A DNA stretch of 63,906 nucleotides, filler included, from Octopus bimaculoides (GCF_001194135.2; 7 parts of 7 records of this genome joined end to end with filler, not necessarily neighbours in it), one strand, 5' to 3'; shown: positions 12,136 through 24,551, counted from the first letter of the whole stretch. Numbers and translations: made by a program. The notes: a model not told the origin generated them from the sequence alone.

Positions 12136-13109
12136 ATCTTAATGGAAAACTTTTGTTATACCTCTGCTTGAAATTTGGTAGCATTGGGTGTGGCAGCATA
12201 CCCAATATGCCACTGAAACAAGCATATACACTAGTATACCTGTATCATCAATAATTATGCTATTTTCAAAGAAATATGCTGAAACTGGTACATAATAACT
12301 GCAATGACAACTTATATTTTATATATTTGAATATAGATTTGGAGTCAAAGTCCTTGAAAATTTTCATCCCTAAAAAGAATTGAACTCATCACCCATTTGG
12401 TTCTTTCCATCATTGTATTATGTTGTTAAAAACTTTTGCAAACAATAAATATTAAATTAATAAGTTACAAAGCCAGAAGAGAGATTTATAAGTGTAGGGA
12501 GGGGGGGACAAAGGCATGGTTGTGTGGTAAGAAGTTTGCTTCTCAACCCCATGGTTTTGTGTTCAATTTGCACTGTATGACGCATTGCACTGGTGTCTAA
12601 TACCACAGCATCAGACCAACCACAGCCTCGTAAATGGATTTGATGAATGGAAACTCAGCGAAAGAACAAACAAAGACTCAATCCAAGAATCAAAAATTGG
12701 ACATTAAAGCAAGGATGATGACAATGATGATAATGATGATGACCATCATCATCGTTTAACATTCATTTTTCACCTGGCATTGGCTGTACAATTTGACAAG
12801 AGCTAACAAAACCAGAGAACTACACCAAACTCTATTATCTATTTTGGTATGGTTTCTATGGCTGAATACCCTTCCTAATGCTTTTTCAAGTCATTGGCAC
12901 TAGTGAGGTTGCCAAGTAACTTGTAAGACAGGAAAGGACAAGAAAAAGGGAAATCTCTCAAAGAAGTGGGGGCAAAATTTAAGTGGGTGGACTTTACCTT
13001 TCATTCTTATTTACTCTTATTCATTCTTATTTATTCTCATTTATTCTTATTTATTATTTGTTTTATAAAAGACGTGTTGTATTGCCCATAATACTTAAGG
13101 CAATGAGCT

Positions 13110-13350
13110 GACAGAATCATTGCCACGCTAAAGGCGGTGAACTGGCAGAAACATCAGCACGCTGGGCTAATTGCTTAGCAGTATTAAAACTGTCTTTACA
13201 TTCTGAGTTCAAATTCCGCCGAGGTCAACTTTGCCTTTCATTCTTTTGGGGTCGATAAATTAAGTACCAGTTGCATACTGGGAGTCGATCTAATTAACTG
13301 GCCCCCTTCCCAAAACTTTTGGGCCTTGTGTCTAGAGGAGAAAAGAATAT
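13110..13350 (+). mobile_element. SINE family B (tRNA-derived, ATT tail)
   Basis: ggtga.ctggcagaa...ctgagttcaaattccgccgaggtc.actttgcctttcat...gataaattaagtaccag...ggccttgtg; more than 20 copies in the window. Confidence 0.85.
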
Positions 13351-13617
13351 TTAAGTGGGTGGAAAAGCGATTTTATGCTAGAGATAAGCAGAGATAGAGG
13401 TGTCTTGCTCTAGTAAAGATGCCTGGCTACCCCACATTTATATGAGTGAGGATGAGAGTATCAAAGAAAAGATAAGATGGTAGTAATGGGGTACCAGCGA
13501 ATAACATTCAAGAAGCATCATCATCATCGTCATCATCATCATCGTCATCATCATCATAATCAAACTATTTTACACATTGCACTGTTGCTAACTTTCATTG
13601 AATAATTTCTATTTTAG

Positions 13618-13702
13618 GCAGTTGTTCAAAATAAAGATCTTCAAAAAATGTATGCTTTTGAGTGCCAGTCACAATGTGTTGGGAAACAAAAGTTAGAAGA
13701 AT
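13618..13702 (+). CDS. Exon 3A: AVVQNKDLQKMYAFECQSQCVGKQKLEE
   Basis: Acceptor ttctattttAG, 85 nt open, donor T|GTAAGA (phase 0 to 1). A paralogous exon lies at 17267. Confidence 0.8.
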
Positions 13703-14434
13703 GTAAGATTTTGTCTTAGAACTTTTCTTTATTCTTCTCTTTTTAGCTTTTCTATCTCTTTAAATTCCTCAAGGAATACTCTTAACATACACATGCGTGC
13801 ACGCATGCAAACACACACACACACACACACCAACATACACACAGCATAGTAATTGTAAGATTCCTATGCTCAACTACAAAAATCAATATTATGCGACCAG
13901 ACTTTATTGTTGCTATTCAAACCCTTGGAAAGACACATTATTCTACATTTAGTGGTTCAATTCACAGTTGTGCTGTCAGCAATGAGAAACAAAAACAAAT
14001 GTAAAGTCAATATCTCCAATCAATCACGGATCATCATCATCATCATCATTGTTTAACGTCCGCTTTCCATGCTAGCATGGGTTGGACGATTTGACTGAGG
14101 ACTGGTGAACCAGATGGCTGCACCAGGCTCCAATCTGATCTGGCAGAGTTTCTACAGCTGGACGCCCTTCCTAACGCCAACCACTCTGAGAGTGTAGTGG
14201 GTGCTTTTTTGCAACAACTCTTCCAGCTAATGTTCAATATAAAAGTAATATTTTCTAAAATGGCTAAAGCAATAATGTTGTTCTGATTTTAAGAATTTGG
14301 TAAAATACTTAAAGCTTGATGTACTGAATGATGAATACAAAAGAAATCTTAATTGGAATTTCATGTTTTGATGGAGAANNNNNNNNNNAAATTTTGCTGT
14401 AATTGATGTCAAGTTTTTTTGTATTACTTTCTAG

Positions 14435-14640
14435 GGATACACTGGAACCTTGAAGTTATTCACAGTGAGATAAACGACAGTTATGACTATTCTATTGAGA
14501 TAAGGCCTTATGGTGAAAACAAAATAATGTTTAAAACAAATTCTAGAACATCAAACACATCATTCTTCCTGCCCACGAAAATGAATAGAAAGTCAAGAAT
14601 GGAGTTATTAACTACAGGAAAATTTTGGCCAGAAAAGATT
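14435..14640 (+). CDS. Exon 4A: WIHWNLEVIHSEINDSYDYSIEIRPYG...GKFWPEKI
   Basis: Acceptor tactttctAG, 206 nt open, donor ATT|GTGAGT (phase 1 to 0). The near-identical copy at 18491 differs mostly at silent sites. Confidence 0.85.
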
Positions 14641-15084
14641 GTGAGTAAACCCTTTATTTTATTTATATATATATATATATTTTTTTTTTTCAGTTAAAAA
14701 GGAATATAACTGGTTGATTCAACTTCAATTTATTACTTGTTTCCAAGGTTTCTAGATTTGAGAAAATACAGTAAGATATATACATGTATGCACACATATG
14801 AATCAGTAAAACACACTGATGTGTATTGATGATTATTTTTTCCTTTTTTAGAAAGCAGGTAGTTTGGATGAATGACTCAACATCACTGTTTTGTGTTCAC
14901 TTCATGCCAGGCCTAAATTTGCCATTTACCCTTTGTGTTGTTTAGTAAAACAAATAATACCAAAATGCTTTTTCAATTCTGTAATCTCAGTCGACTTGAA
15001 ATCTGTTTTTATTCATAATCAAAAGGAATATCATAGCTTATGTCATGTTAACATGTTGAAATATTAATAAATATTGATGTATAA

Positions 15085-15298
15085 TCTTTTCTACTCTAGG
15101 CACAAGGCCTGAAATTTTGGGAGAGGGGGGTGCGGTCGATTAGATCGACTCCGGTATGCAACTGGTACTTAATTTATCGACTGCGAAAGGATGAAAGGCA
15201 AAGTCGACCTCCGCAGAATTTGAACTCACAAAGTAAAGACAGACGAAATACCGCTAAACATTTCACCTGGCGTGCTAATGTTTCTGCCAGCTCATCAC
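15085..15298 (-). mobile_element. SINE family B
   Basis: Reverse complement of the family B consensus. Confidence 0.85.
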
Positions 15299-15619
15299 AT
15301 TATAAATATTGATGTATTATGTACAATTTGTTAACTACATGTTATGTGTGTGAATTAATGAACTGTCAAATATTTCTTTATATAATTTAGAACATAGCAG
15401 TTACAAGAATTATCTCTTAGAGAGAAGGTTAAGAGATGAAAATTATTTTCTCAAATGTGGGCCTACAGACACATTGTGTCTGGCTGCTATAAGAAGAAAA
15501 AATAGCAAAGAATTTTTGGCTTTTATAAGCCTACCAAGAAAATGTAGAATTTTCCGTTAAGCCTTTAGAAGTGAACATAAAACTTTGCAGTTATACAATT
15601 ACTGCCTACCATAAACTAA

Positions 15620-15975
15620 TGTGGAGACGCAATGGCCCAGTAGTTAGGGCAGCAGACTCACAGTCATAGGATCACAGTTTCAATTCCCAGATCAGGCATT
15701 GTGAGTTTTATTGAGAAAAAATACCTAAATCTCCACGAGGTTCCAGCAGGGGGTGGTGGCAAACCCTGCTGTATTCCTTCACTACAACTTTCTCTCACTC
15801 TTTCTTCCTGATTCTGCTGTACCTGTATTTCAAAGGAGCAGCCTTGTCACACTCTGTGTCACACTGGATCTCCCCAAGAACTATGTTAAGGGTACACGTG
15901 TCTGTGGAGCAGGCTGTTCCGTTGATCGGATCAACTGGAACCCTTGTCGTTGTAACCGATGGAATGCCATAACCA
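15620..15975 (+). mobile_element. tRNA-derived SINE family C
   Basis: A-box-like tggcccagtagttagg and B-box-like gtttcaattccc, followed by a ~300 bp non-tRNA body. It is a single copy here. Confidence 0.65.
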
Positions 15976-17266
15976 TAAACTAATATCACAGATGCTTGGT
16001 TAGATATTACAAATACAACTACAAGCAACAAGAAAATAACAACGGGTGTCTTTCGACTAATAAAGATGAATCGAATTGAGCTGGCATGTGTAGAGTGAAA
16101 GAAGGAACATAGGAGATGAACATAAGGGATGAAAGTCATGAGACAGGAACATAAGAGATGCTTCGCAGCTGGCAGTCAAGCCAAGAAAGAAAGATCATAC
16201 TTGGCCGAACATGGGTCATGTGGAAAGAAAGGGGAGGGGTAGGTGGCAGAGGGATTGAAGAATAGGAGAAGAACAAGAAAGAAGGAAAATCAAAGGGACA
16301 TGGAGAAAGGTACAAGGGAGATAAATGAGGAGGAAAAGAAATGTGAGAAGGAGGGAGTTAGAAAAATAAAAGAAGAAAGAAAAAAGTCCAAGGGGGACTA
16401 AACAAAAGAGTAAAAGAGTCATGCGGAATTTAGATACATACTTACTCACAAGGTGAGCAAAAGTGTACACACACCACTATATGTATATATAAATCCAAAA
16501 ATATGGAACAAGAATGCAATAGATGACAATAAAACATCTGGACAGATAGATGATTCAAAGACAGACAGGAAAACAACAAAAAGATGGACAGGTAAAAAAA
16601 GGATGAGTCATTCTCAGTCTTCTCTCATCAGTCAAGTTTCCAAATCATCCTTACGGTTTCCGCTGGTTACACTTGAGACTGTTCAAATCTGGTTGGCCCC
16701 AAAAATCTAAGCTAAGAGTATTAAATTTTGGGGGAGAAAACAAGCAAATGTGTACAACAACAAAGACAAAAAAGAACAGAAAAACTGAGAGAATGTTACA
16801 CAATTACATATACAAGCAGCAAGATGAATCAAATTGAGCTGGTGTGTGTAGAGTGAAAAGCCTTGAGGCAGGAACATCGCTCAGCCTGTAAGTTATGCCT
16901 AAAAGAGGCATTCGACATATTAAAACATAACTCTTCAATACTACTAAATAAGTATAATGAGGCCCTAGGTACATGCAACCACCGCTGTTTTCATACCTTC
17001 AAATTTTTCCACAGATCTGATTGCAACCTAAATCACTGCACAGTGCATATACCAAATACACCTTAGGCAACCTCCAACAACCTGATTTGACTTTCCAATT
17101 ACTTAATTTTTTAATTGTTTAATAATATATATATTATAAATATATATATATGATGATGATGATGTTCATCCTCATCCTCATCATCATCATCATCATCATC
17201 ATCATCACAATCAAACTATTTTATACATTGCACTGTTGCTAACTTTGTTGAATAATTCTATTTCAG

Positions 17267-17351
17267 GTATTTGTTCAAAATGAAGATCTTCAAGAAACAT
17301 ATGCTGTTGAGGTCCTGTCAAATTGTTCTGAAAACCAGAAATTAGAAGAAT
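17267..17351 (+). CDS. Exon 3B (duplicate of 3A): VFVQNEDLQETYAVEVLSNCSENQKLEE; GC donor
   Basis: Acceptor ttctatttcAG, same 85 nt length, open frame. The donor is T|GCAAGA instead of GTAAGA, so its use is uncertain. Confidence 0.6.
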
Positions 17352-18490
17352 GCAAGACTTTTGCTTTATTCTTTATTCTTCTCTTTTTTACTTTGTTTTC
17401 TCTCTTAACCTCCTTAAGGAATACCTTTAACACACACATGCACTTACACACACATACACATGCACACACACATACACATGCACGCACACACACACACACA
17501 CATGCACACATACACATGCAAGGAAGCATAATAATTGCAAGATTAATATGCTCAACTACAAAGATTAATATTATGAGACCAGATTTTATTGTTTCCATTC
17601 AATCCCTTGGAAAGACACATTATTCTATATTTAATGGTTCAAGTCATAGTTGTGCAGTCAGCAATAAGAAAGAGAAACAACTGTAAAGTCAATATCTCCA
17701 GTCAACCCAAATCATTATAGAAATTTGCAACAACTCTTCCAGCTAATGTTCAATATAAAAGCAATATTTTCTAAAATGGCTAAAGCAATAATGTTGTTCT
17801 GATTTTAAGAATTTGGACAAATAATTTAAGGGGTTGATGTACTGAATGATGGATGCAAGAGAATTCTTAATTAATTAAAATTTTATGTTTTGATGGAGAA
17901 GGAAAGAAATGTCTCATTGCAATTGTTAGTGACTCTCAAGAGAAAGGGGAGATAATTTTAATCAATTATGAATTCAGGAAAAAAATCTGATCTTAATTTA
18001 CAAGCAAGGGGACAACTGTGGACTGAAACTGAAAGCACATGGATGCAAAGCAAGCTTTTTAACCCCACAGCCATGCCTGGGTATTTTTAATGTTTATACA
18101 TTAAAAATAGAGAGCAGGGTGTATAGAAAAAGTATAAGGAATAGAAAAGGGATGATATTTAAAATTGTTTGAAAAGCACTGTTTAGTGCATTTGGTACCA
18201 AACTGCCAGAGATAGTATGTGTACAATTTACACATAAGACTATTTAAAGTTTTTAAATCTTCTCATGCCATTGTTTACTATATAAATGAATAAATAAATC
18301 TAAATAGATTTCAAATGAAAAGAAATGTAATAAATCTATGATAGAAGAGCAGAGAAAATAAATGTCTTTTCGATCATCTGTTGATAGTTTCATTCTAAAT
18401 ACCCCTCATTCTAAATACAATTATCCGTTTGTTTATTAACTTTGAAGTTTTGCTGTCATTAATCTCGAGTTTTTTTCTATTACTTTCTAG

Positions 18491-18696
18491 GGATACACTG
18501 GAACCTTGAAGTTATTCATAGTGAGATAAACGACAGTTATGACTATTCTATTGCAATAAGGCCTTATGGTGAAAACAAAATAATGTTTAAAACAAATTCT
18601 AGAACATCAAACACGTCATTCTTCCTGCCCACAAAAATGAATAGAAAGTCAAGAATAGAGTTATTAACTACAGGAAAATTTTGGCCAGAAAAGACT
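18491..18696 (+). CDS. Exon 4B (duplicate of 4A)
   Basis: Acceptor tactttctAG, 206 nt open, donor ACT|GTGAGT. It has 7 nt and 3 aa differences from 4A. Confidence 0.8.
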
Positions 18697-20014
18697 GTGA
18701 GTAAACCCTTTAATTTATTTATTTATATATATATATTTCCAGTTAGAACGGAATATAACTGGTTGATTCAACTTCAATTTATTGATTGTTTCCAGGGTTT
18801 CTAGATTTGAGAAAATACAGTAAGATATGTACATGCATGCACACATATGAGTCAGTAAATCAAAATGTTCTTCGTGACACTAATGCTTTCTTGTTTTTCA
18901 TGCGAGGGAGATTTCTTTCCACTTGTCTTTGAGAGTACAGAGCCATTGGACAACTTTCTGACAGAAATTTCAACAAGCCTCACCATCTTTCGCTCACCTC
19001 AGTGCAGAATGTAATCAGTTACACAGATACACACATGCATGGTGCTAGCGATAGAGAGGTTCTCATGTTCTTGACCAGACTGAAAGGTTCTCTTGACCTT
19101 GCGTTGTCTTCAGTCAATTGCTAACACCTTTACAGAGTGCACTGGATGCATTTTATCATGACACCAAAACTAGTAAGATTGCCTTCTGCTTTCATTAGTT
19201 TATGTTGTGTGTCTCCACTGAATGCAATGTATCAGAGTGGATAGCAGGTAGAGTGATGGTGGGTGCAAACTAGAATGTGTTTGAGGAAGGGGCCAGGTGT
19301 ATGATAGCAGAAACAAAAAGAAGGGAGTAAAGGGGTAACAAAAGACAACAGAGAAGGAATGTTGACTGCATTGAAACAGAGGACAAGACTGGATGTAGTC
19401 AAAATTGAGTACAGATAGTTTCAGTGCCACTCTTTATAACAGAAGCATAATGGCAGAGAGTAAGGAAAGAAAGAGAGAAGGGGGTAAGAGTGTGAGAGAG
19501 ACAAGAGGGTAGACAGGTTTAATAACATCCCTACATTGGTTGCATGGTACAGAGATCAAGAGAGATTCACTGTTATCATTAGTTAGACAGGCTGCAGATG
19601 GATAATAGAGAAATGAGTGATAGAGAACTGATAAAGAGGTGAGATGATATATCAAGAGGCAGTCTAGGCATCTTATGTAGATCCAAAAGGGGGAATAGAA
19701 TAGGTAAGAGACCCAAATGTAGACAAGTTATATCTACCAGACTTCGTCACTAACTCTATTTCAACATTCAGTTCCACATGAATTTATGATTTAGAATAGA
19801 ATATTTTCAAGTTGAATATATTAAGATGACAAGACCAGGTTCTGTCCCCGATGCCGTCATTTGTGGATTAATATAATTCCTTTATGTTGTTTTAATTTTA
19901 TTAAATCATGCCTTTGCCACAGGGAGAAAATCTAGTAGTTGGTAGCTTCCACTACCTAGGTGACCAAGTTAATAGTGGGGGGGGTGCATTGAAAGTGTAG
20001 CTGCTAGAATAAGA

Positions 20015-20950
20015 ATAGAATAACAGCCATGCTACATGGCAGTGAAATATGGGCCATGACTGCTGAGGACATGCGCAAGCTTGCAAGAAACGAAGCCAGT
20101 ATGCTCCAATGGATGCGTAATGTCAGTGTGCATACTAGACAGAGTGTAAGTACCTTGAGAGAAAAGTTAGACCTAAGAAACATCAGTTGTGGCGTGCAAG
20201 AGAGACGATTGCGCTGGTATGGACATGTGGCAAGAATAGATGAGGATAGCTGTGTGAAAAAGTGCCACACCCTAGCAGTTGAGGGAACCTGTGGAAGAGG
20301 TAGACCCAGGAAGACCTGGGATGAGGTGGTGAAGCATGACCTTCAAACTTTAGGCCTCACTGAGGCAATGACCAGTGACCGGGACCTTTGGAAATATGCA
20401 GTACATGAGAAGACCCGGCAAGGCAAGTGAGAGCATNNNNNNNNNNNNNNNNNNNNNNNNNNNNNNNNNNNNNNNNNNNNNNNNNNNNNNNNNNNNNNNN
20501 NNNNNNNNNNNNNNNNNNNNNNNNNNNNNNNNNNNNNNNNNNNNNNNNNNNNNNNNNNNNNNNNNNNNNNNNNNNNNNNNNNNNNNNNNNNNNNNNNNNN
20601 NNNNNNNNNNTGCATTGCCTTCTAGCACTTGTGCTGGTGGCACGTTCGAAAATCATTTGAGCGAGGTCGTTGCCAGTGCCGCTGGACTGGCTCCCGTGCA
20701 GGTGGCACGTAAAAAATACCTTTTTGAGTGTGGCTGTTGCCAGTACCGTGTGACTGGCCCTCGTGCCGGTGGCACATAAAAGCACCCACTACACTCTCGG
20801 AGTGGTTGGCATTAGGAAGGGCATCCAGCTGTAGAAACTCTGCCAGATCAGATTGGAGCCTGGTGCAGCCTTCAGGCTTGCCAGTCCTCAGTCAAATCGT
20901 CCAACCCATGCTAGCATGGAAAGTGGACGTTAAACGATGATGATGATGAT
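20015..20950 (+). mobile_element. RTE-clade LINE 3' end (5'-truncated ORF2 C-terminus, 3' UTR tandem units, (GAT)n tail)
   Basis: ORF 20029-20430 reads MLHGSEIW...RRLRWYGHVARIDED...RGRPRKTWDEVVKHDL...DRDLW, which is the typical RTE C-terminus. Confidence 0.9.
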
Positions 20951-21174
20951 GTGTAAAGAAACTAAACTGCTGAGCCCCTGTAAAGATGGTCGTTTTTCAA
21001 TATTTGAGAAAACATTTCAGTTCAAGTCGAGATGAAATTACTGAGTAGATGGATAAGTCAGGTATTTCTCATATCTGTATCATTACTAGATCCAGAACAT
21101 AGTGACACCTGTCTAAACCAATGTAATTCCAGATGACACAATTTTGTTTTTTAATTATTTTTATTTTACTTTAG

Positions 21175-21268
21175 ATCAGACTGAAGAATCTGGAAACTTC
21201 CATTATATATTCCTGTAGTTATATTCTTAAACAAAGGACTCATTATCATGAATGTTCACAGAGAAATG
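21175..21268 (+). CDS. Exon 5: IRLKNLETSIIYSCSYILKQRTHYHECSQRN
   Basis: Long T-rich acceptor ending ctttAG, 94 nt open, consensus donor G|GTAAGT (phase 0 to 1). The L-x-N-L...Y-x-C pattern resembles Ig/FN3 E-F strands. Confidence 0.85.
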
Positions 21269-21659
21269 GTAAGTTGATAGAAAATATTTCTTATGTCACT
21301 TTATTAGAAACTATGAAGTAGTTCTACCTTGCTGTCTGTGTGGCTTTTACAAGATGTTAATGATAAAAAAAGAGAGTGAGCAGGGTGAATTCTAAATGAT
21401 TCATGCTGCTGTGTTGATGTTATTATCAAGAGTTAAATCTTTCCAACACTGAAACCATTTTCCAATCAAATGATATAAAATTACATATCTTTGCATCAGA
21501 TTTGAAGTGAAGGCGACCGCTTGTATGGTGGTGGTACTCATTTACAACTATTGCTCAGCATCAAGACTAGGAGACGCAAACACCCCTTCCACATACACAT
21601 ATGTATGTATGTATGTATTTATATATGTATGTGTGTATGTATATGTATATATGTGTGTA

Positions 21660-21715
<56 letters not shown>

Positions 21716-22369
21716 TNNNNNNNNNNNNNNNNNNNNNNNNNNNNNNNNNNNNNNNNNNNNNNNNNNNNNNNNNNNNNNNNNNNNNNNNNNNNNNNNNNNN
21801 NNNNNNNNNNNNNNNNNNNNNNNNNNNNNNNNNNNNNNNNNNNNNNNNNNNNNNNNNNNNNNNNNNNNNNNNNNNNNNNNNNNNNNNNNNNNNNNNNNNN
21901 NNNNNNNNNNNNNNNNNNNNNNNNNNNNNNNNNNNNNNNNNNNNNNNNNNNNNNNNNNNNNNNNNNNNNNNNNNNNNNNNNNNNNNNNNNNNNNNNNNNN
22001 NNNNNNNNNNNNNNNNNNNNNNNNNNNNNNNNNNNNNNNNNNNNNNNNNNNNNNNNNNNNNNNNNNNNNNNNNNNNNNNNNNNNNNNNNNNNNNNNNNNN
22101 NNNNNNNNNNNNNNNNNNNNNNNNNNNNNNNNNNNNNNNNNNNNNNNNNNNNNNNNNNNNNNNNNNNNNNNNNNNNNNNNNNNNNNNNNNNNNNNNNNNN
22201 NNNNNNNNNNNNNNNNNNNNNNNNNNNNNNNNNNNNNNNNNNNNNNNNNNNNNNNNNNNNNNNNNNNNNNNNNNNNNNNNNNNNNNNNNNNNNNNNNNNN
22301 NNNNNNNNNNNNNNNNNNNNNNNNNNNNNNNNNNNNNNNNNNNNNNNNNNNNNNNNNNNNNNNNNNNNA

Positions 22370-23345
22370 GTTTGATGCTCTTCCTAACGCCAACCACTCC
22401 AAGAGTGGCACTGGCACGTAAAAGAACCCACTACACTCTTGGAGTGGTTGGCGTTAGGAAGAGCATCCAGCTGTAGAAACCTAGCCAGATCAGATTGGAG
22501 CCTGGTGCAGCCATCTGGCTCGCCAGTCCTCAGTCAAACTGTCTAACCCATGCCAACCACTCCAAGTGTGTAGTGGGTGCTTTTACATACCACTGGTATG
22601 AGGGCCAGTCAGGGGGTACTGGCGACAGCCATGCTCAAATGGTGTTTTTTATGTGCCACCTGCACAGGAGCCAGTCCAGCGGCACTGGCAACGACCTCGC
22701 TCGAATGTTGTTTTTCATGTGCCACTGGCACAAGTGCCAGTAAGGCGATACTGGTAATGATCACGCTCGAATGGTGCTTTTTACATGCCATTGGCACAGG
22801 AGCCAGTCAGCGGCCCCAGCAATGATCACGCTCAGATGGTGCTTTTAGCGCTCCACTGGCACAGGTGCCAGTCAGGTGGTGCTGTCATCAGCCATGTCAG
22901 TGATTTTGATTTTGATTGTGATTTCACTAGCCTCAAAAGGTCTTCACAAGCAACGCATATGTGGGCTGGTTACACCGCTGGCATAGGCCATGGGTTATGG
23001 TCTCACTTGGCTTGCCAGGTCTTCTCAAGCACAGCATATTTCCAAAGGTCACGGTCACAAGTCATTGCCTCGGTGAGGCCCAACATTCAAAGGTTGTGCT
23101 TCACCACGTCATCCCAGGTTTTCCTGGGTCTACCTCTTCCACAGATTCCCTCAACTGCTAGGGTGTGACACATTTTCACACAGCTGTCCTCATCCATTTG
23201 CACAGTCGTCTCTCTTGCACACCAGATCTGATGCTTCTTAGGTCCAACTTTTCTCTCAAAGCACTTACACTCTGTTATGTATGCATACTGACATTACACA
23301 TCCAGTGGAGCATACTGGCTTCATTCCTTGCAAGCTTATGCATGT
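22370..23345 (-). mobile_element. RTE LINE 3' end with an internally inverted tail segment
   Basis: 22900-23345 is the reverse complement of the RTE ORF2 end. About five ~63 bp units lie at 22575-22890, and 22410-22550 is the tail in + orientation. Confidence 0.85.
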
Positions 23346-23361
23346 CCTCAGTAGTCAGCAG

Positions 23362-23396
<35 letters not shown>

Positions 23397-23852
23397 NNNN
23401 NNNNNNCAAGAAGAGCAACAACAACAACAACGAAGGAAGAAAGAAGGGGAAGGAGAAGAGAAAATATAAATATATCAAATAAATAAAATGAAAAATAAAA
23501 CATAAGATTAATAGTAATTGAGAACAGTGGTTGGTGGGGGGGGGGTTGAGATTTAAGTCTATCAAGAATTGCCAAATGGAAAATTTAGGAACGGTCACTC
23601 TTCGTGTGTTCTTGTCAAAAGTTTGACTTGTGTGGTAAGGTCACCTATTCCATTCTCACATACGCACACATATATACATACACATACTAATAAACTTATA
23701 TGTCGCTTGACTTATACATTTGCATGTACACACACATATATGCATACATACATTCACCACTTTTTTTTTTACAGTACATTTCTTTTAATGTATCACAACT
23801 ACTATACCATTTTTTATTGTATTTTTCTTTTATTTTATTCTCTCTTTTGTAG

Positions 23853-24085
23853 ATCTTGTGTGGATAATAGAACTAACCACTCATTCCAAACTAATTAGCC
23901 TCATCACACAAGTAAAGATATTTGTTGGAGTGACCAGCAATGGAACAAACTCTTCACAAGGACTAACATTCAGAAAGTTAGCTTATTTCCCCACATTCTC
24001 TGCTCCCACCAATATTGGAACCGTAAGCATTGATGAGGTTGAAATATACTTTGAAGATTATAACAAATCTTTTGATATATCCAAA
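23853..24085 (+). CDS. Exon 6: DLVWIIELTTHSKLISLITQVKIFVGVTSNGTNSS...YNKSFDISK
   Basis: Strong acceptor tctcttttgtAG, open frame, donor AAA|GTGAGA (phase 1 to 0). An alternative in-frame donor ACC|GTAAGC lies at 24023, so the 3' end is ambiguous. Confidence 0.75.
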
Positions 24086-24510
24086 GTGAGAATTTTCACC
24101 ATGCTTGCTTTTTTATTTTAAATATTTATTTACTTATTTAACATAATTGTTGTTGTCCCCATATTGTTATTGTTGTGTTGTCCTGGTTGGCCTTGATTGT
24201 GAAAACCTTGGGTTAAAGATATTCCAGACATGGCCATCAAATTGTTTTCTCTGGTGCATACACCCAAGACTATTATTCAGTGAGTTCTTCTTTATTAAGA
24301 CAGTCATTTGTTCCATAAAGTAGATTTGGCACCTATTTCTTGCAAATCAATCAATCACATAAAAGCTTTCTGCATTAATTGGAATTATTTTGTGTGTGTA
24401 TCAGTGAGAGATTGTGCATGTGTTTGTGTCTGCATGTGTACATGTTTATGAATGTGTATACATGTGTGTATATGTATGTGTGTATATATATTCCCATACA
24501 TAATTCGTAC

Positions 24511-24551
<41 letters not shown>

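Larger units (their letters stand above)
13515..14808 (+). repeat. Segmental duplication copy A (exon 3A, intron, exon 4A)
   Basis: Aligns by eye with 17165-18860 from the (CAT)n tract to ...tatga(a/g)tcagtaaa. It carries an extra RTE-tail insertion at about 14030-14208. Confidence 0.9.
17165..18860 (+). repeat. Segmental duplication copy B (exon 3B, intron, exon 4B)
   Basis: Paralogous to 13515-14808 in both exon and intron sequence. Confidence 0.9.

Noticed and set aside
15620-15700. tRNA-like sequences (also the SINE A and B heads, and 54540-54615 on the minus strand)
   Set aside because: They have A/B-box similarity only, no convincing cloverleaf, and continue into SINE bodies.
13515-18860. 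Explaining the exon duplication as two uncollapsed haplotypes
   Set aside because: Exon 3 copies are only about 78% identical and the introns differ by an insertion and many substitutions. That seems too divergent for alleles, although long reads are still needed.
21507-22476. Long ORFs in the track here and at 29153-29861, 33338-33779, 48130-50197, 53544-54119 and 58121-59960
   Set aside because: They consist of N gaps and TA/CA/AAT microsatellites that lack stop codons, so they are not coding.
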